Shown: positions 8,124-17,372 of the stretch, piece after piece
Numbering within the stretch: the first letter of the stretch is position 1
How the letters are laid out: every line of letters starts with the position of its first letter
DNA from: a bacterium
GTDB lineage: Bacteria > Verrucomicrobiota > Kiritimatiellia > RFP12 > UBA1067
Reading direction: 5' to 3'
DNA length: 64,000 nt
Assembly (NCBI GenBank): GCA_037133395.1
Contig: JBAXOG010000006.1
Span: 1,036 to 65,035 of the forward strand
Program-made: the position numbers and the translations under genes
Notes under the pieces: model-generated
The model's database searches: none
Told to the model about the DNA's origin: nothing
Seen by the model: only the letters and a program-made list of their open reading frames with translations

Positions 8124-11100
8124 GCGAGGGTTAGATTCTCGTGGTTTTCTTTGGCTAAGGCGACAAGGCGCTGGGCCATGTCGCGTTCGCTACCCGGACT
8201 ACAGAAGCGTGCTTGGTCGAGGTCGCGGACGAGTGTTTTGACCAGAAGTTCGCGCATGTCGGCATTCCGCCAGAACCCGACCTTCCGTATCTCCTGCCGG
8301 ATACGTTCCACCATCTCCAGTGTTGCCAATATGGCCTTGGCGCGTACTTCCGTTGAGAGCACCTGGCCTTTACTGCACTCCTCCAGCACAAGCCGCACGA
8401 AGGGCACTTGCACCTTGGGGTCGAGGTCAGGAAAGTCATTTCGGTCGCCCTGTTTCATGTCATCAATAAACGTGCGCAACTCGCGCTCCAGGGCATCGGC
8501 ATCATCCTTGAACTTCTTGAGAATCTCTTCCAGCCGTTCGCTCATCTTGCGGGCGTAGGAGGGATTTTGATTCGTGAAGCCGATAATGTGGTAGCGTGCG
8601 GCATGTTGCATCTGAGCGGCACGTGCCCGGCTCCCCTCTTGCGCCTTCAGGAGCTCTTCAAACTTTGCGTCGGTGATCGCCACCGGCGGAATCTTGGGGT
8701 CCACACCTCTGGCAGTGATATGGGCATTGATGAGCGCTTTCACCTTTTCGGCCACCCCCAGCAGGTTCAATGCTGGATCGCGATACAGGTTGGCCGCCAC
8801 CTTGTTGATGAAGCCCAGCAGCTTGGCATCGCGAAATACGTCACAGGGCACTTCAGGACGATGTTCCAGCAACCCGAGCGTCTCATAGAACTTACGAACC
8901 TTGTTGATGAAGTCGGCCCGTATCTTCAAATCGCCAAGCAACTGCACACAGTCTTCCACCTGCGCCTGGAGATCCGTCACACCCTTATCCGTAAAGACAG
9001 CAATCGCCCGCGCCCGCCGGTCAAGCAGCAACGGCAGCTCAACGCTAATGTCGATCATTGCGCCCTGAGTGTCTGTCTTGTCGTAGTCGCCCAGCGCTTC
9101 CGTCAGATGAAGGGCCACGCCGATGTAGTCCACCACATACCCGCATTTCTTTGCGCCATGCGTACGGTTTACACGGGCCACGGCCTGTAGCAGATCGTGC
9201 GCGAGGATCTTCCGGTCGAGGTACATCACCTGTTCGACCGGGGCATCAAACCCCGTCAGAAGCATGTTCATCACGACAAGGATGCAGAGCGGATCAGTCT
9301 TGTCGGTCTTTGCAGCGGAAAACTTCCGCTTGAACCGCTTGATGTTCGCTTCCTGTTTCTCCTTTGTTGTCCAATCCCTCCACGGTTCAGGGTCGTTGTG
9401 GTTTCCCGAGAAGATACCCGCGATCTCAAGAACGCGCAGATTCGCGAGTCGTGGATAGACCTTCAGGAGATAGCGGGTCTGGGCATCCAGCTTCAGCACT
9501 TCGTCGTCCGGCAGACACCGCACCGCTTCTGGCAGTGCCTCCAGTTCAGATACCAGTTCCTTCCGCGCCTTCTCCAGCTTTTCAAGATAGGTCACCACAG
9601 CCTGGCGGCTCGTGGCGACCACCTGAGCCTTAAAACCCTCTGGCAGCACCACGTCCGCATAATGCCGGATCATGTCCCTCGCCTTCTGCTCAATCAACAG
9701 GGGTGCTTCCATCACATCGCCTTCGGTGGCGTACTTGGCCTTGATGATGGACAACTCTTCTGGCTTGTAGTCGCGGAACATGTCTTCGAAAACAGCATCG
9801 AGGCTAAGCGCATCCTTCACCATGCCGTCCGCTGTCCGGCTCTCGTAGAGGATCGGCACGGTCGCGCCGTCCAGCTCTGCGTCCTGAAGAAGATATTTGT
9901 CGATGAAGTCGCCAAAGATCTCTTTCGTCTCTTTCTTCTCTTCGCTGATGATCGGCGTGCCCGTGAAGCCGATGACCGCCGCGTTCGGCATCGCCTTGCG
10001 CAAATTCCGGTGCAACGTGCGTGTGTTCGAACGGTGCGCCTCGTCCACGAGCACAAGGATCTCTTCCGAGTCATTCAGCAACGGGAACTCTTCGAACCGG
10101 ATATTTTCCGTGAAAGTGACTTCCTTTGTGACGACCGGCTCGTCCTTTCCAGGCTTCTTCTCTTTTCGGACAATCGTCATGGAGACGCTCTCCAGCGCCT
10201 CTTCGCTGGCGCATGTCAGCAGTCCTTTCACTGGCTTGCCGCCTGTTTCGCCCGAAGGCTGATATTTCTGCAACATCGCCATGACGATGTCGGGCGTCCG
10301 CTCGCCTAAGAGTCGTTGCGTCAGCGCCGTCGGTGATTCACGCGTCTTCAAATCCGTGTCGGTCGGACGTATCGCTTCGCCACTCAACTGCGCGGTCTGT
10401 CCGAGCTGCTCCTGCAGATCCGTACGGTCCGTGACCACCACGATCTTGAAACGGTGCAGGTCCGGGGTCATGCGCATCTTGCGGACCAGGAAGGCCATGC
10501 TGAGGCTCTTGCCCGACCCCTGCGTGTGCCAGATGATGCCCCCGCGCTCGTCGCGCGTGGCTCCGTCCGCAATCGTCCGCCCCTCCTGCAAACGCGCCAC
10601 CGCCTTGTGGATGGCACGGAACTGCTGATAGCGGGCCACCACCTTGCGCGTCTTGCCGTCCACCTGCTGGAAGACCGAGAAGTTCCTAATCAGGTCAATC
10701 AGGTGAGCGGGCCGCAACATGCCCGCAGTCAGGATCTGCTGGCTTTGGAGTGTGCACCCTTTCTGTTGCAACGCCTCTGGAAGCTGTTTATCCCTGCGGA
10801 AGAACAAGGGCGTGCCGGGGCGGTCCCCTTGCTCGGCCCCCAGTGTTCGCAACTCAGCCGCCGCGCTCCGCACGTCCTGAGCTTTGGGCAAGGTGCCCAC
10901 CTCCTCCGCCACGGTGCTCATGGGCACCGGACTGGTGTCCGCCCATTCCAGATAAGCCTCCGGCGGTGCGCCGATGGTGGCGGCACGCGCCTCGAAGAAG
11001 TCGCTGGCGATCAGCAACTGATTGGTGTGGAAGAGCCGCTCCACCCCTTCGCTCTCGGCGTACAGCGTCGGCCAAAGCTCGCGCCGCTGATTCGAGTAGC

Positions 11101-11650
11101 GAAGCAACTGGTTGATGGCCTCCTGCAAGGGACTCTCAATGCCGGGGCTCTTGAACTCCGCCACCGCTAGGGGGATGCCGTTGACAAAGAGCACCGCATC
11201 GGGAATGATGTGTCCGCGTCCGCTGGCCAGTTCTACCTTGAACTGGTTCATGACCAGAAAATCATTATTGGCGGGATTCTCAAAATCGATATAGTTGACA
11301 GGCTGAGGCCGTCCGTGTTCCCACTCCGGAAGACCATCCGTCACCGTGCCCTTGAGCAAGAGCGTCGTGGCCGACTGGTTCACCTCCATGAGCCGATGCC
11401 CCTCGGCCCGCTCCAGGTCCCGGATGGCGCGGCTGATGCGCGCGCTGTCCAACCACGCCTCGCCATCCCGCAGATTGAGCCGACGCAACGCCGCTTCCAA
11501 CCGCCCCTTCAGCAAGACCTCCCGGAAGCTCTCGCGCTCAGTCAACTCCGGCACATCGACATCGCCCTCTATCCACTGCCAGCCCATCGCCCGGAGTTGC
11601 TCGCAGAAAGGTTTTTCAACGAGGTCATATTCCCATTGGATCTTGCTCAT
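8120..11650 (-). CDS. hsdR: Type I restriction endonuclease subunit R
   Basis: 1176 aa. SF2 helicase motifs WHTQGSGKSLSM (motif I) and LVLVDEAHRS (DEAH). Typical HsdR N-terminus MSKIQWEYDLVEKPFCEQLRAMGWQW. Operon context with hsdM/hsdS. Confidence 0.95.
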   Translation of the reverse strand: MSKIQWEYDLVEKPFCEQLRAMGWQWIEGDVDVPELTERESFREVLLKGRLEAALRRLNLRDGEAWLDSARISRAIRDLERAEGHRLMEVNQSATTLLLKGTVTDGLPEWEHGRPQPVNYIDFENPANNDFLVMNQFKVELASGRGHIIPDAVLFVNGIPLAVAEFKSPGIESPLQEAINQLLRYSNQRRELWPTLYAESEGVERLFHTNQLLIASDFFEARAATIGAPPEAYLEWADTSPVPMSTVAEEVGTLPKAQDVRSAAAELRTLGAEQGDRPGTPLFFRRDKQLPEALQQKGCTLQSQQILTAGMLRPAHLIDLIRNFSVFQQVDGKTRKVVARYQQFRAIHKAVARLQEGRTIADGATRDERGGIIWHTQGSGKSLSMAFLVRKMRMTPDLHRFKIVVVTDRTDLQEQLGQTAQLSGEAIRPTDTDLKTRESPTALTQRLLGERTPDIVMAMLQKYQPSGETGGKPVKGLLTCASEEALESVSMTIVRKEKKPGKDEPVVTKEVTFTENIRFEEFPLLNDSEEILVLVDEAHRSNTRTLHRNLRKAMPNAAVIGFTGTPIISEEKKETKEIFGDFIDKYLLQDAELDGATVPILYESRTADGMVKDALSLDAVFEDMFRDYKPEELSIIKAKYATEGDVMEAPLLIEQKARDMIRHYADVVLPEGFKAQVVATSRQAVVTYLEKLEKARKELVSELEALPEAVRCLPDDEVLKLDAQTRYLLKVYPRLANLRVLEIAGIFSGNHNDPEPWRDWTTKEKQEANIKRFKRKFSAAKTDKTDPLCILVVMNMLLTGFDAPVEQVMYLDRKILAHDLLQAVARVNRTHGAKKCGYVVDYIGVALHLTEALGDYDKTDTQGAMIDISVELPLLLDRRARAIAVFTDKGVTDLQAQVEDCVQLLGDLKIRADFINKVRKFYETLGLLEHRPEVPCDVFRDAKLLGFINKVAANLYRDPALNLLGVAEKVKALINAHITARGVDPKIPPVAITDAKFEELLKAQEGSRARAAQMQHAARYHIIGFTNQNPSYARKMSERLEEILKKFKDDADALERELRTFIDDMKQGDRNDFPDLDPKVQVPFVRLVLEECSKGQVLSTEVRAKAILATLEMVERIRQEIRKVGFWRNADMRELLVKTLVRDLDQARFCSPGSERDMAQRLVALAKENHENLTLA

Positions 11651-13923
11651 ACCTTCACCCTTGCTTCTGCATTTTTGACCTTGCTCTTTTCCAGATCAGA
11701 GTCTTCAAGTATTCTAACCCACCAGTGGGGCAACTTGAGCTCAACATTACAAAGTTTCTTGCAGTTTGCAGGGAAATCTCGAAGTGAACCAACGGCGCGT
11801 GGATTTAACGGTTGAGCGGTTGCCGCATTCCATAGCGCACCTACGATTTCGGCTTCACTCAGTACTTTGATAACTCGCAGTGCATCACATTCAGGCGACG
11901 ACTCTTTTTTGAGCAGATAATTAAACCAAGCTATCAGCTCATATGCGTTCTGACGAATAACTGAGACAGTAGAAGACTCTTCCAATGTCCTTAACATCTC
12001 CTTGCGCAAATCACACCACAATGGCCCATTACAATCAAGGACGATTTGTTTAGCAGGATATGTAGCCCTTGTAAATGAGCGGAATTCGGTTTTTTTAAAC
12101 TGCTCGAGAACTTCTGCTGCATAACGCGGCACCATTAACTTCGACATCATTTTATAAAGATCTTTTATCTCTTCTCTTTCTATATCATGCTTGTATGAAG
12201 AAAAGGGCTCAATAATTTCTACTAATGGAGCTACAGGGCTTTGCCACTTGTCAACAAGATGACACAAGAAGTCTGTTTCCTTTTGCCTAGCAGCAACGTA
12301 AGCAGATGTGTTAGTAAAGTGCAAATATCTTTTGAAAGAGTCTAGGACTAGTTCAAAATCAGAAGCCAACAACTCATAACTGTGCTCGTCTATAGTGCGA
12401 AGGTCAAATGCTAACACCTCAAGAATCTTTAACAAATCATCAGCTACGGACAATTCTACTGTCATCCCATCTTCATCTATGGTTTCCGCTGCGCGATTTA
12501 AACTTTCTTCACGCGCAAGAACAGTAGTCTGGAATAAGGCTCTGTATACTCCTCTGGCCGACTGCCCCACCTTATCGGCATGCGCCTTTATCCAAACATC
12601 GAAAGCGTTTGCACTTGGTTTCTCCCGATGTATGGTGAAAAAACTATCATATTCCTTTAAAGTCACCGCAGCTGGAGCTTCTGCAAGACGCATCTGATAC
12701 ATCAATTTCTCATCGTCAATTCCTATCCATGCGCTAACATGCTCTGACAGCATAAGCAGAACAGAACCGATTTGTTCTTGCTCCTTTTCCGTTAATTCTA
12801 ACTCACAATCTTTTTTGACTTTTTGAATATGTGTTTTGATCAGTTCGCCCGCTTCGTTGTTATCAGCGGCATATACTGTTTTTATCCTGATATTGTCCCA
12901 TAGGTCTCTGTCTTCCAGAAGGGCAGGAGCAAGTCGTGGAAATCGTATTTTAATAACGTTTGCCGCTAGAATAATAGGCCAATTAACTTCATCTGCCCTA
13001 TGACGTTCGACTTGAATCTTCATTAACGAAAGCAAGCGAACAAACTGACGGACAGAACGCGCATTCTGAGGTAAATAGGGTATCACAGAGGCAAGCACAT
13101 TTATTGGCACGTAAGGACAATGAAGTGACACATCCGACTCAGCCATGTGTAGAAGATCATCCTTTGAGACGGCTGGAAGCCATCTTGGGTAGTCGATAAT
13201 TTTTTCAAGAAACTTGAGACCGTCATCAAAGCCTTCATGTTCTTTTGCAAGAATTTTACCAACAACAACAGGGTCAAAGGCGCAGATAAATACGATGCCA
13301 CCACAATTCATAATTTCTTTGATGGCATATAGCATCTCGGGTACGATCTTGCTACTCGTTCGATCAAGATCGTCGACTAGAATAATTAATCGGCCTTTTT
13401 CGTATTTCTGCAGGATTCCCTTTAGATCAGCCTCTTTTGAATAAAGAACTCCTTTGAGCAAATCAAGGCCAAGCAATGCAACACCCGCTTTTTTACTTTC
13501 TGCTACCGCATTGATGTCTTCACTATGCGCTAAGAGCCACTCAGATATGGGTGCCGCTCTTTTCTTTAAGCATTTCTTCCAAGACTGTTTCGTGTCTACT
13601 GCTTCAGCAGGAATTTTTTCAATCACAGCCTGCACGAATGCATGCCAAAGACTTTTCCTCTCGCTATATTCCCACGGATTGAAGCGAACAACAATGTGAC
13701 CGTGACTTTCAGCCAACGTGGCTATCATATTCAATACAGATGTCTTACCAGTTCCCCATTCGCCATATATCCCGATTCGCACAGGCCACTCTTTTGGTCC
13801 TGTAGTCGCTATGCCATAGATTTCGGAGGCAAACGCCCAGCGGTTCAACTTGTCCTCTTTCCGCTGAGACACAGCAGCATCAAAACCTCCCCCCCGAATA
13901 TCTATATCATTTTTTGTGGACAT
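11647..13923 (-). CDS. KAP-family P-loop NTPase embedded between hsdS and hsdR
   Basis: Walker A IYGEWGTGKTS and Walker B RLIILVDDLDR in KAP-like spacing. No obvious TM insert. The C-terminal ~450 aa are unassigned. ATGA overlap with hsdR and 1-nt gap to hsdS. Visibly AT-rich relative to neighbours. Confidence 0.85.
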   Translation of the reverse strand: MSTKNDIDIRGGGFDAAVSQRKEDKLNRWAFASEIYGIATTGPKEWPVRIGIYGEWGTGKTSVLNMIATLAESHGHIVVRFNPWEYSERKSLWHAFVQAVIEKIPAEAVDTKQSWKKCLKKRAAPISEWLLAHSEDINAVAESKKAGVALLGLDLLKGVLYSKEADLKGILQKYEKGRLIILVDDLDRTSSKIVPEMLYAIKEIMNCGGIVFICAFDPVVVGKILAKEHEGFDDGLKFLEKIIDYPRWLPAVSKDDLLHMAESDVSLHCPYVPINVLASVIPYLPQNARSVRQFVRLLSLMKIQVERHRADEVNWPIILAANVIKIRFPRLAPALLEDRDLWDNIRIKTVYAADNNEAGELIKTHIQKVKKDCELELTEKEQEQIGSVLLMLSEHVSAWIGIDDEKLMYQMRLAEAPAAVTLKEYDSFFTIHREKPSANAFDVWIKAHADKVGQSARGVYRALFQTTVLAREESLNRAAETIDEDGMTVELSVADDLLKILEVLAFDLRTIDEHSYELLASDFELVLDSFKRYLHFTNTSAYVAARQKETDFLCHLVDKWQSPVAPLVEIIEPFSSYKHDIEREEIKDLYKMMSKLMVPRYAAEVLEQFKKTEFRSFTRATYPAKQIVLDCNGPLWCDLRKEMLRTLEESSTVSVIRQNAYELIAWFNYLLKKESSPECDALRVIKVLSEAEIVGALWNAATAQPLNPRAVGSLRDFPANCKKLCNVELKLPHWWVRILEDSDLEKSKVKNAEARVKV

Positions 13924-13924
13924 A

Positions 13925-15193
13925 TCAGTTACTCCGCGTTATTTCCGACACCCGCACTCGACCCGTTAGCAAATCGTCCATCAGGCCGGACTTCATGAGG
14001 TTAAGTTTTGCGAGATTCGCTTCCTCTTGAAGGATAACTGAATCTGCTTGCTTCATTCGAGACACAACCAAAGCCTGTTCCTCTTTTTGCGGAAAACCAA
14101 ACTGCAAGTGAGAAAGCAATTTAGTGTTGAGGTTCACCATTGTTGTCCCCACTGCACGCGCGGCGATCTGACGTTGGCCTGTATCATGCCGATACGCAAG
14201 TGAGAGCCATTTAGACGAAAGGGTGTGTTCCTCAAAACGCATCAACAAGCAACCTGTTCCGCACAACCACCCAACTTCGCGTTCCGTAATCGCGGCACAA
14301 CGGGACAGGTCACCCCGTCGGGCAAAAATGAGGTCTCCTAATTTGACACGATGCCGTATTAGTTCGTCCGCTCTTGTAGATGGGATACGGGCTATTTTTT
14401 CGACACTGACAGACCCGCCGAGAACATCTTGAGGCATGATTACGGGCACACCTTCCGCCGTATACTCGTGCGCATGAAGCTGGCTGCCAAACGGCCCCGT
14501 TTGAATAGTCCCCTTGATTCTTTGAAGCCGTTCCCCCATCGACTCGAAAATCCACTCCTTCGGTATCCGTCCCAGCGGTGAATCTTGGAATTGTTCAGGA
14601 TGGGCGATGGGGTCGCGGAGGTGGCCGTGTTCATCGAGGCCGCAGGTGAGAAGGTCGTGAAGCAACCCGGCGCGCACCTGCCTCAGTTTCTCAATCACCG
14701 ACTCAGTCTTCGTAATCGTCTCGTCAATCGTGTCCAGCACTGCTGCGATGCGAGGATTGGATTCGTCAAACCATGGAATCGCCATACCTTCCACGTCTAT
14801 CCGACTAATAGCAACGAAAGTAGAACCTTGTGCCACGCGGGCGAGTGTTGGTGCCGAATATTTTATAGCATGCCACGCGAAACCTTGCTGGTCAGTATCA
14901 AAACGAATAGCTGATAGACCACGTCCAATAATCGTACGCTCTTTTGCCTGATTGAGTTCTCCGACTGGAGCACGTACACTTAACAACATATCGCCCGCTT
15001 CGGCGATGCGTGTAGGGGAAGTGCAACGAAGTCGTGGTAAAGGGTTTCGACATCGAAACTCAGCATTGCCTTGAATAAAGGGTAAGCCGTCGTTGTTCTC
15101 CGAACAAGCAGAGGAAGATGGTGACTGCCCCATGAGGACTTTTGCTTTCTCAGCTATATGAACTGTTCCTGCTTGTTTCATTGATAAACCCAA
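13925..15193 (-). CDS. hsdS: Type I restriction-modification specificity subunit S (two target-recognition domains)
   Basis: 422 aa. Conserved-region helices ...IEKLRQVRAGLLHDLLTCG... and ...LAKLNLMKSGLMDDLLTGRVRV are typical of HsdS central and C-terminal coiled-coil repeats. Confidence 0.9.
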   Translation of the reverse strand: MGLSMKQAGTVHIAEKAKVLMGQSPSSSACSENNDGLPFIQGNAEFRCRNPLPRLRCTSPTRIAEAGDMLLSVRAPVGELNQAKERTIIGRGLSAIRFDTDQQGFAWHAIKYSAPTLARVAQGSTFVAISRIDVEGMAIPWFDESNPRIAAVLDTIDETITKTESVIEKLRQVRAGLLHDLLTCGLDEHGHLRDPIAHPEQFQDSPLGRIPKEWIFESMGERLQRIKGTIQTGPFGSQLHAHEYTAEGVPVIMPQDVLGGSVSVEKIARIPSTRADELIRHRVKLGDLIFARRGDLSRCAAITEREVGWLCGTGCLLMRFEEHTLSSKWLSLAYRHDTGQRQIAARAVGTTMVNLNTKLLSHLQFGFPQKEEQALVVSRMKQADSVILQEEANLAKLNLMKSGLMDDLLTGRVRVSEITRSN

Positions 15194-15234
15194 ATCATGG
15201 TGAATTCATGGATAATGATTCCAGTTAAATGAAA

Positions 15235-15534
15235 TCACTTCAGCACCTCCCAGTGTCCGCCTTTGTCCGGGCCGATGCGGTGGAGGATATTTTCTGCCTT
15301 CAGTTTTCGGATATGCCACTCGATACCTTTGCGTGTGATTCCCAATTGAGACGCCATTTCGTCGGTGGAAATGTTCGCCGAAGCACAAACCAAGCCCAAA
15401 ATTTTTTCCCTAGTTTTCTCCCTAGCTTCTTGGGTAGTGTTCACCATATTTTCCAGAGGCGTTTTTGATGAGCCAATTGGCGAACCTATTGATGAACTTT
15501 TCCCCAGCGTTTTCATGGGCGTTTCTGCCGACAT
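15235..15534 (-). CDS. Small stand-alone winged-HTH protein, paralogous to the C-terminus of the upstream AlbA_2 protein (possible gene remnant)
   Basis: ISTDEMASQLGITRKGIEWHIRKLKAENILHRIGPDKGGHWEVLK aligns with IPELAEQLCMTTRGIEKHIVQLRDARQLLRIGGRKLGHWEVLK in the 515-aa protein. I trimmed the 197-aa track ORF to Met99 because its N-terminal part reads through a 27-bp inverted-repeat element. Confidence 0.45.
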   Translation of the reverse strand: MSAETPMKTLGKSSSIGSPIGSSKTPLENMVNTTQEAREKTREKILGLVCASANISTDEMASQLGITRKGIEWHIRKLKAENILHRIGPDKGGHWEVLK

Positions 15535-15607
15535 GCCTTTGCCTGTAACTTCAAAGTACGGAACCACATAATCCACAAAAAAATCAAAAAATGCTAATTC
15601 CCCTCTG

Positions 15608-15695
15608 CGGCTCACCGAGACGGTTCGCCCTACCCGCTTCGCACGGGGCATCTGCCTGATCCGAAGGAGGTAGGGCGAACCGTCTCGGTGAGCCG
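15608..15695. repeat. Palindromic element with perfect 27-bp inverted arms and a 34-nt loop
   Basis: CGGCTCACCGAGACGGTTCGCCCTACC (15608-15634) is the exact reverse complement of 15669-15695. Lies between the AlbA_2 gene stop and the orphan wHTH. Confidence 0.9.
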
Positions 15696-15824
15696 TAGTG
15701 TGTTTCGTGCATTTCAGATGCAAAAAAGTTACTCCTTCGTTTTCTCCAGCTCGGCTGGCGAGGCGCTTGTTCTGATGCCCCTCGCACACGGTCACAGCAA
15801 AAATGCCCCCCTCAATAGATGAAC

Positions 15825-17372
15825 TCACTTCAGCACCTCCCAGTGGCCAAGTTTTCGCCCACCTATTCGGAGAAGCTGTCTTGCATCCCTCAGTTGAACA
15901 ATATGCTTCTCAATGCCACGAGTCGTCATACACAACTGCTCAGCAAGTTCGGGAATAGTCATTTCCCGTTGGGTCGCCAACAGAGTAAGGATCTTTTCAC
16001 CCGTCTTTACCGAACTTTCTTTACCGAACTTCTTTACCGAACTTTTCACCCTAGTCTTTACCGAACTTTTCACCCTAGTTTTTACCGAAATGTCAGGCGA
16101 AAGGTTTTTTTCTTTAGTGCTTTCCTGGGCAGTATTTTCAGGGGTTTCTTGGGTAGTTTGCCCCTTTTTCTTTACCGAAGTTTCTGTCCTAGGTTTCACC
16201 GAAGTTTTTGTCCTAGTCTTTACCGAACTTTCAGGTGTTTCTCTAAGCGTTTCTTTAGGCGTTTCTTTGAGCGTTTCTTGGGTAGTCGCCTCACCCTCGG
16301 CAAAGGAGGGTCGGTTGAAGGAGATGATAAAGAGGTTGCCGACTTCACGGAAGATCACATCCGGAACATGTTTCAGAATCAAAGGCATGCCGCGCCCCCA
16401 GGCTTCGACCATCTCGATCCGGCGGAACAAGTCGGCAATCAACGGATTGCGCCGTTGCGAGACATATCCCTTGCGCAAGTCGTCGATCGTGATCAAACCG
16501 TACAGGCGTCCTGGACTCCTGATCTCGACGCGATCTTTGAAAACAGCCACCTGGACATAGTCAGAGTCGCAATAGTCGCGATGGCAAAAGGCATTGATAA
16601 TGGCCTCGCGCAACGCCTCGACCGGGATCTCCGGCACATCCACGCGATAGAGTCCTTCGAGCCGCATGCCGATATGAATATTCTTGAGGATGTACTTCTG
16701 GGCTTCTTCGATGAGTTCAAGAATGTCGCCGTCAAAATCGTGGCGGTCTAAGATCATGGCACTCTCTTGCGTGCCGAACACGGCGCAGCGCAACTGCATC
16801 GGAGCCGTTCGATCAAAGAACAGGGTCGCGGCGTTCAGCAAATGTCCGTTCTTGAGCAATCCCAGTTTCTTAAGCGCATTGACGGGATCATCCCACGTCA
16901 GACGGGCCCGTTCGACAAAGGCTCGCAACTTGACTTCATCCAAATCAGAGACCTTCTTGTCTGAGATTGCGCTGTCCCACGCATGTTGACCCTGATTCTT
17001 CGCGACGATCAGCCGTTCGAGTTCCCGTGCGCTGAGCTGGCGGTCTTCGTCCGCCACGCGCATATAGGCCCGTCCGTAGGCGTAATAGGGTGTCTCGGTT
17101 CCCTCGAACGTCACCTTGATGCAGACCGCCTGATCGACCGTCTCCGCCGTAATCTTGGGATAGATGCGAGGCTCGATGTGTGCTGCGATAGCCTGCGAGA
17201 TGTCGCGCAGGGTCTTGGCAGAGGCTGGCAGCCCGACGACTTGTCCGTTGTCCTTGATGCCAAACCAGAGTTCGCCTCTGCCATGCTTGTTCAGGATGGC
17301 TGAGATTGAGACCAGCCCGGCATGGAGTTCAGCGAGGCTTTTCTTAAGTTCGACTGTTTCGGATTCTTTCAT
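15825..17372 (-). CDS. AlbA_2 (Schlafen-type 'divergent AAA') + HATPase_c_4-like + low-complexity linker + winged-HTH protein
   Basis: N-terminus MKESETVELKKSL...GELWFGIKDNGQVVGL (AlbA_2 signature). EALREAIINAFCHRDY...RVEIRSPGRL (HATPase_c_4-like). C-terminal wHTH. ATGA overlap with the hsdM stop. Confidence 0.8.
   Translation of the reverse strand: MKESETVELKKSLAELHAGLVSISAILNKHGRGELWFGIKDNGQVVGLPASAKTLRDISQAIAAHIEPRIYPKITAETVDQAVCIKVTFEGTETPYYAYGRAYMRVADEDRQLSARELERLIVAKNQGQHAWDSAISDKKVSDLDEVKLRAFVERARLTWDDPVNALKKLGLLKNGHLLNAATLFFDRTAPMQLRCAVFGTQESAMILDRHDFDGDILELIEEAQKYILKNIHIGMRLEGLYRVDVPEIPVEALREAIINAFCHRDYCDSDYVQVAVFKDRVEIRSPGRLYGLITIDDLRKGYVSQRRNPLIADLFRRIEMVEAWGRGMPLILKHVPDVIFREVGNLFIISFNRPSFAEGEATTQETLKETPKETLRETPESSVKTRTKTSVKPRTETSVKKKGQTTQETPENTAQESTKEKNLSPDISVKTRVKSSVKTRVKSSVKKFGKESSVKTGEKILTLLATQREMTIPELAEQLCMTTRGIEKHIVQLRDARQLLRIGGRKLGHWEVLK
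16005..16285. repeat. Intragenic tandem repeats encoding the K/S/T/V/E-rich linker of the AlbA_2 protein
   Basis: Perfect 24-bp tandem CTTTACCGAACTTTTCACCCTAGT at 16032-16055 and 16056-16079, plus degenerate copies either side. Encodes ...SVKTRVKSSVKTRVKSSVKK... and ETLKETPKETLRETP... Confidence 0.85.

Noticed and set aside
8408-11815. Long plus-strand ORFs (e.g. 9197..10309, 370 aa; 8408..9190; 10454..11170; 11210..11815) antisense to hsdR
   Set aside because: They lie wholly inside the well-supported hsdR frame. Their translations are R/P/H/L-rich low-information sequence with no motifs, as is typical of stop-poor antisense frames in GC-rich genes.
16005-16285. Short tandem repeats here, and at 27601-27642 and 26429-26460, considered as CRISPR arrays
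   Set aside because: The repeat units are 8-24 bp and directly abutting, with no unique spacers. One set is in-frame coding sequence. No cas genes are in the window.
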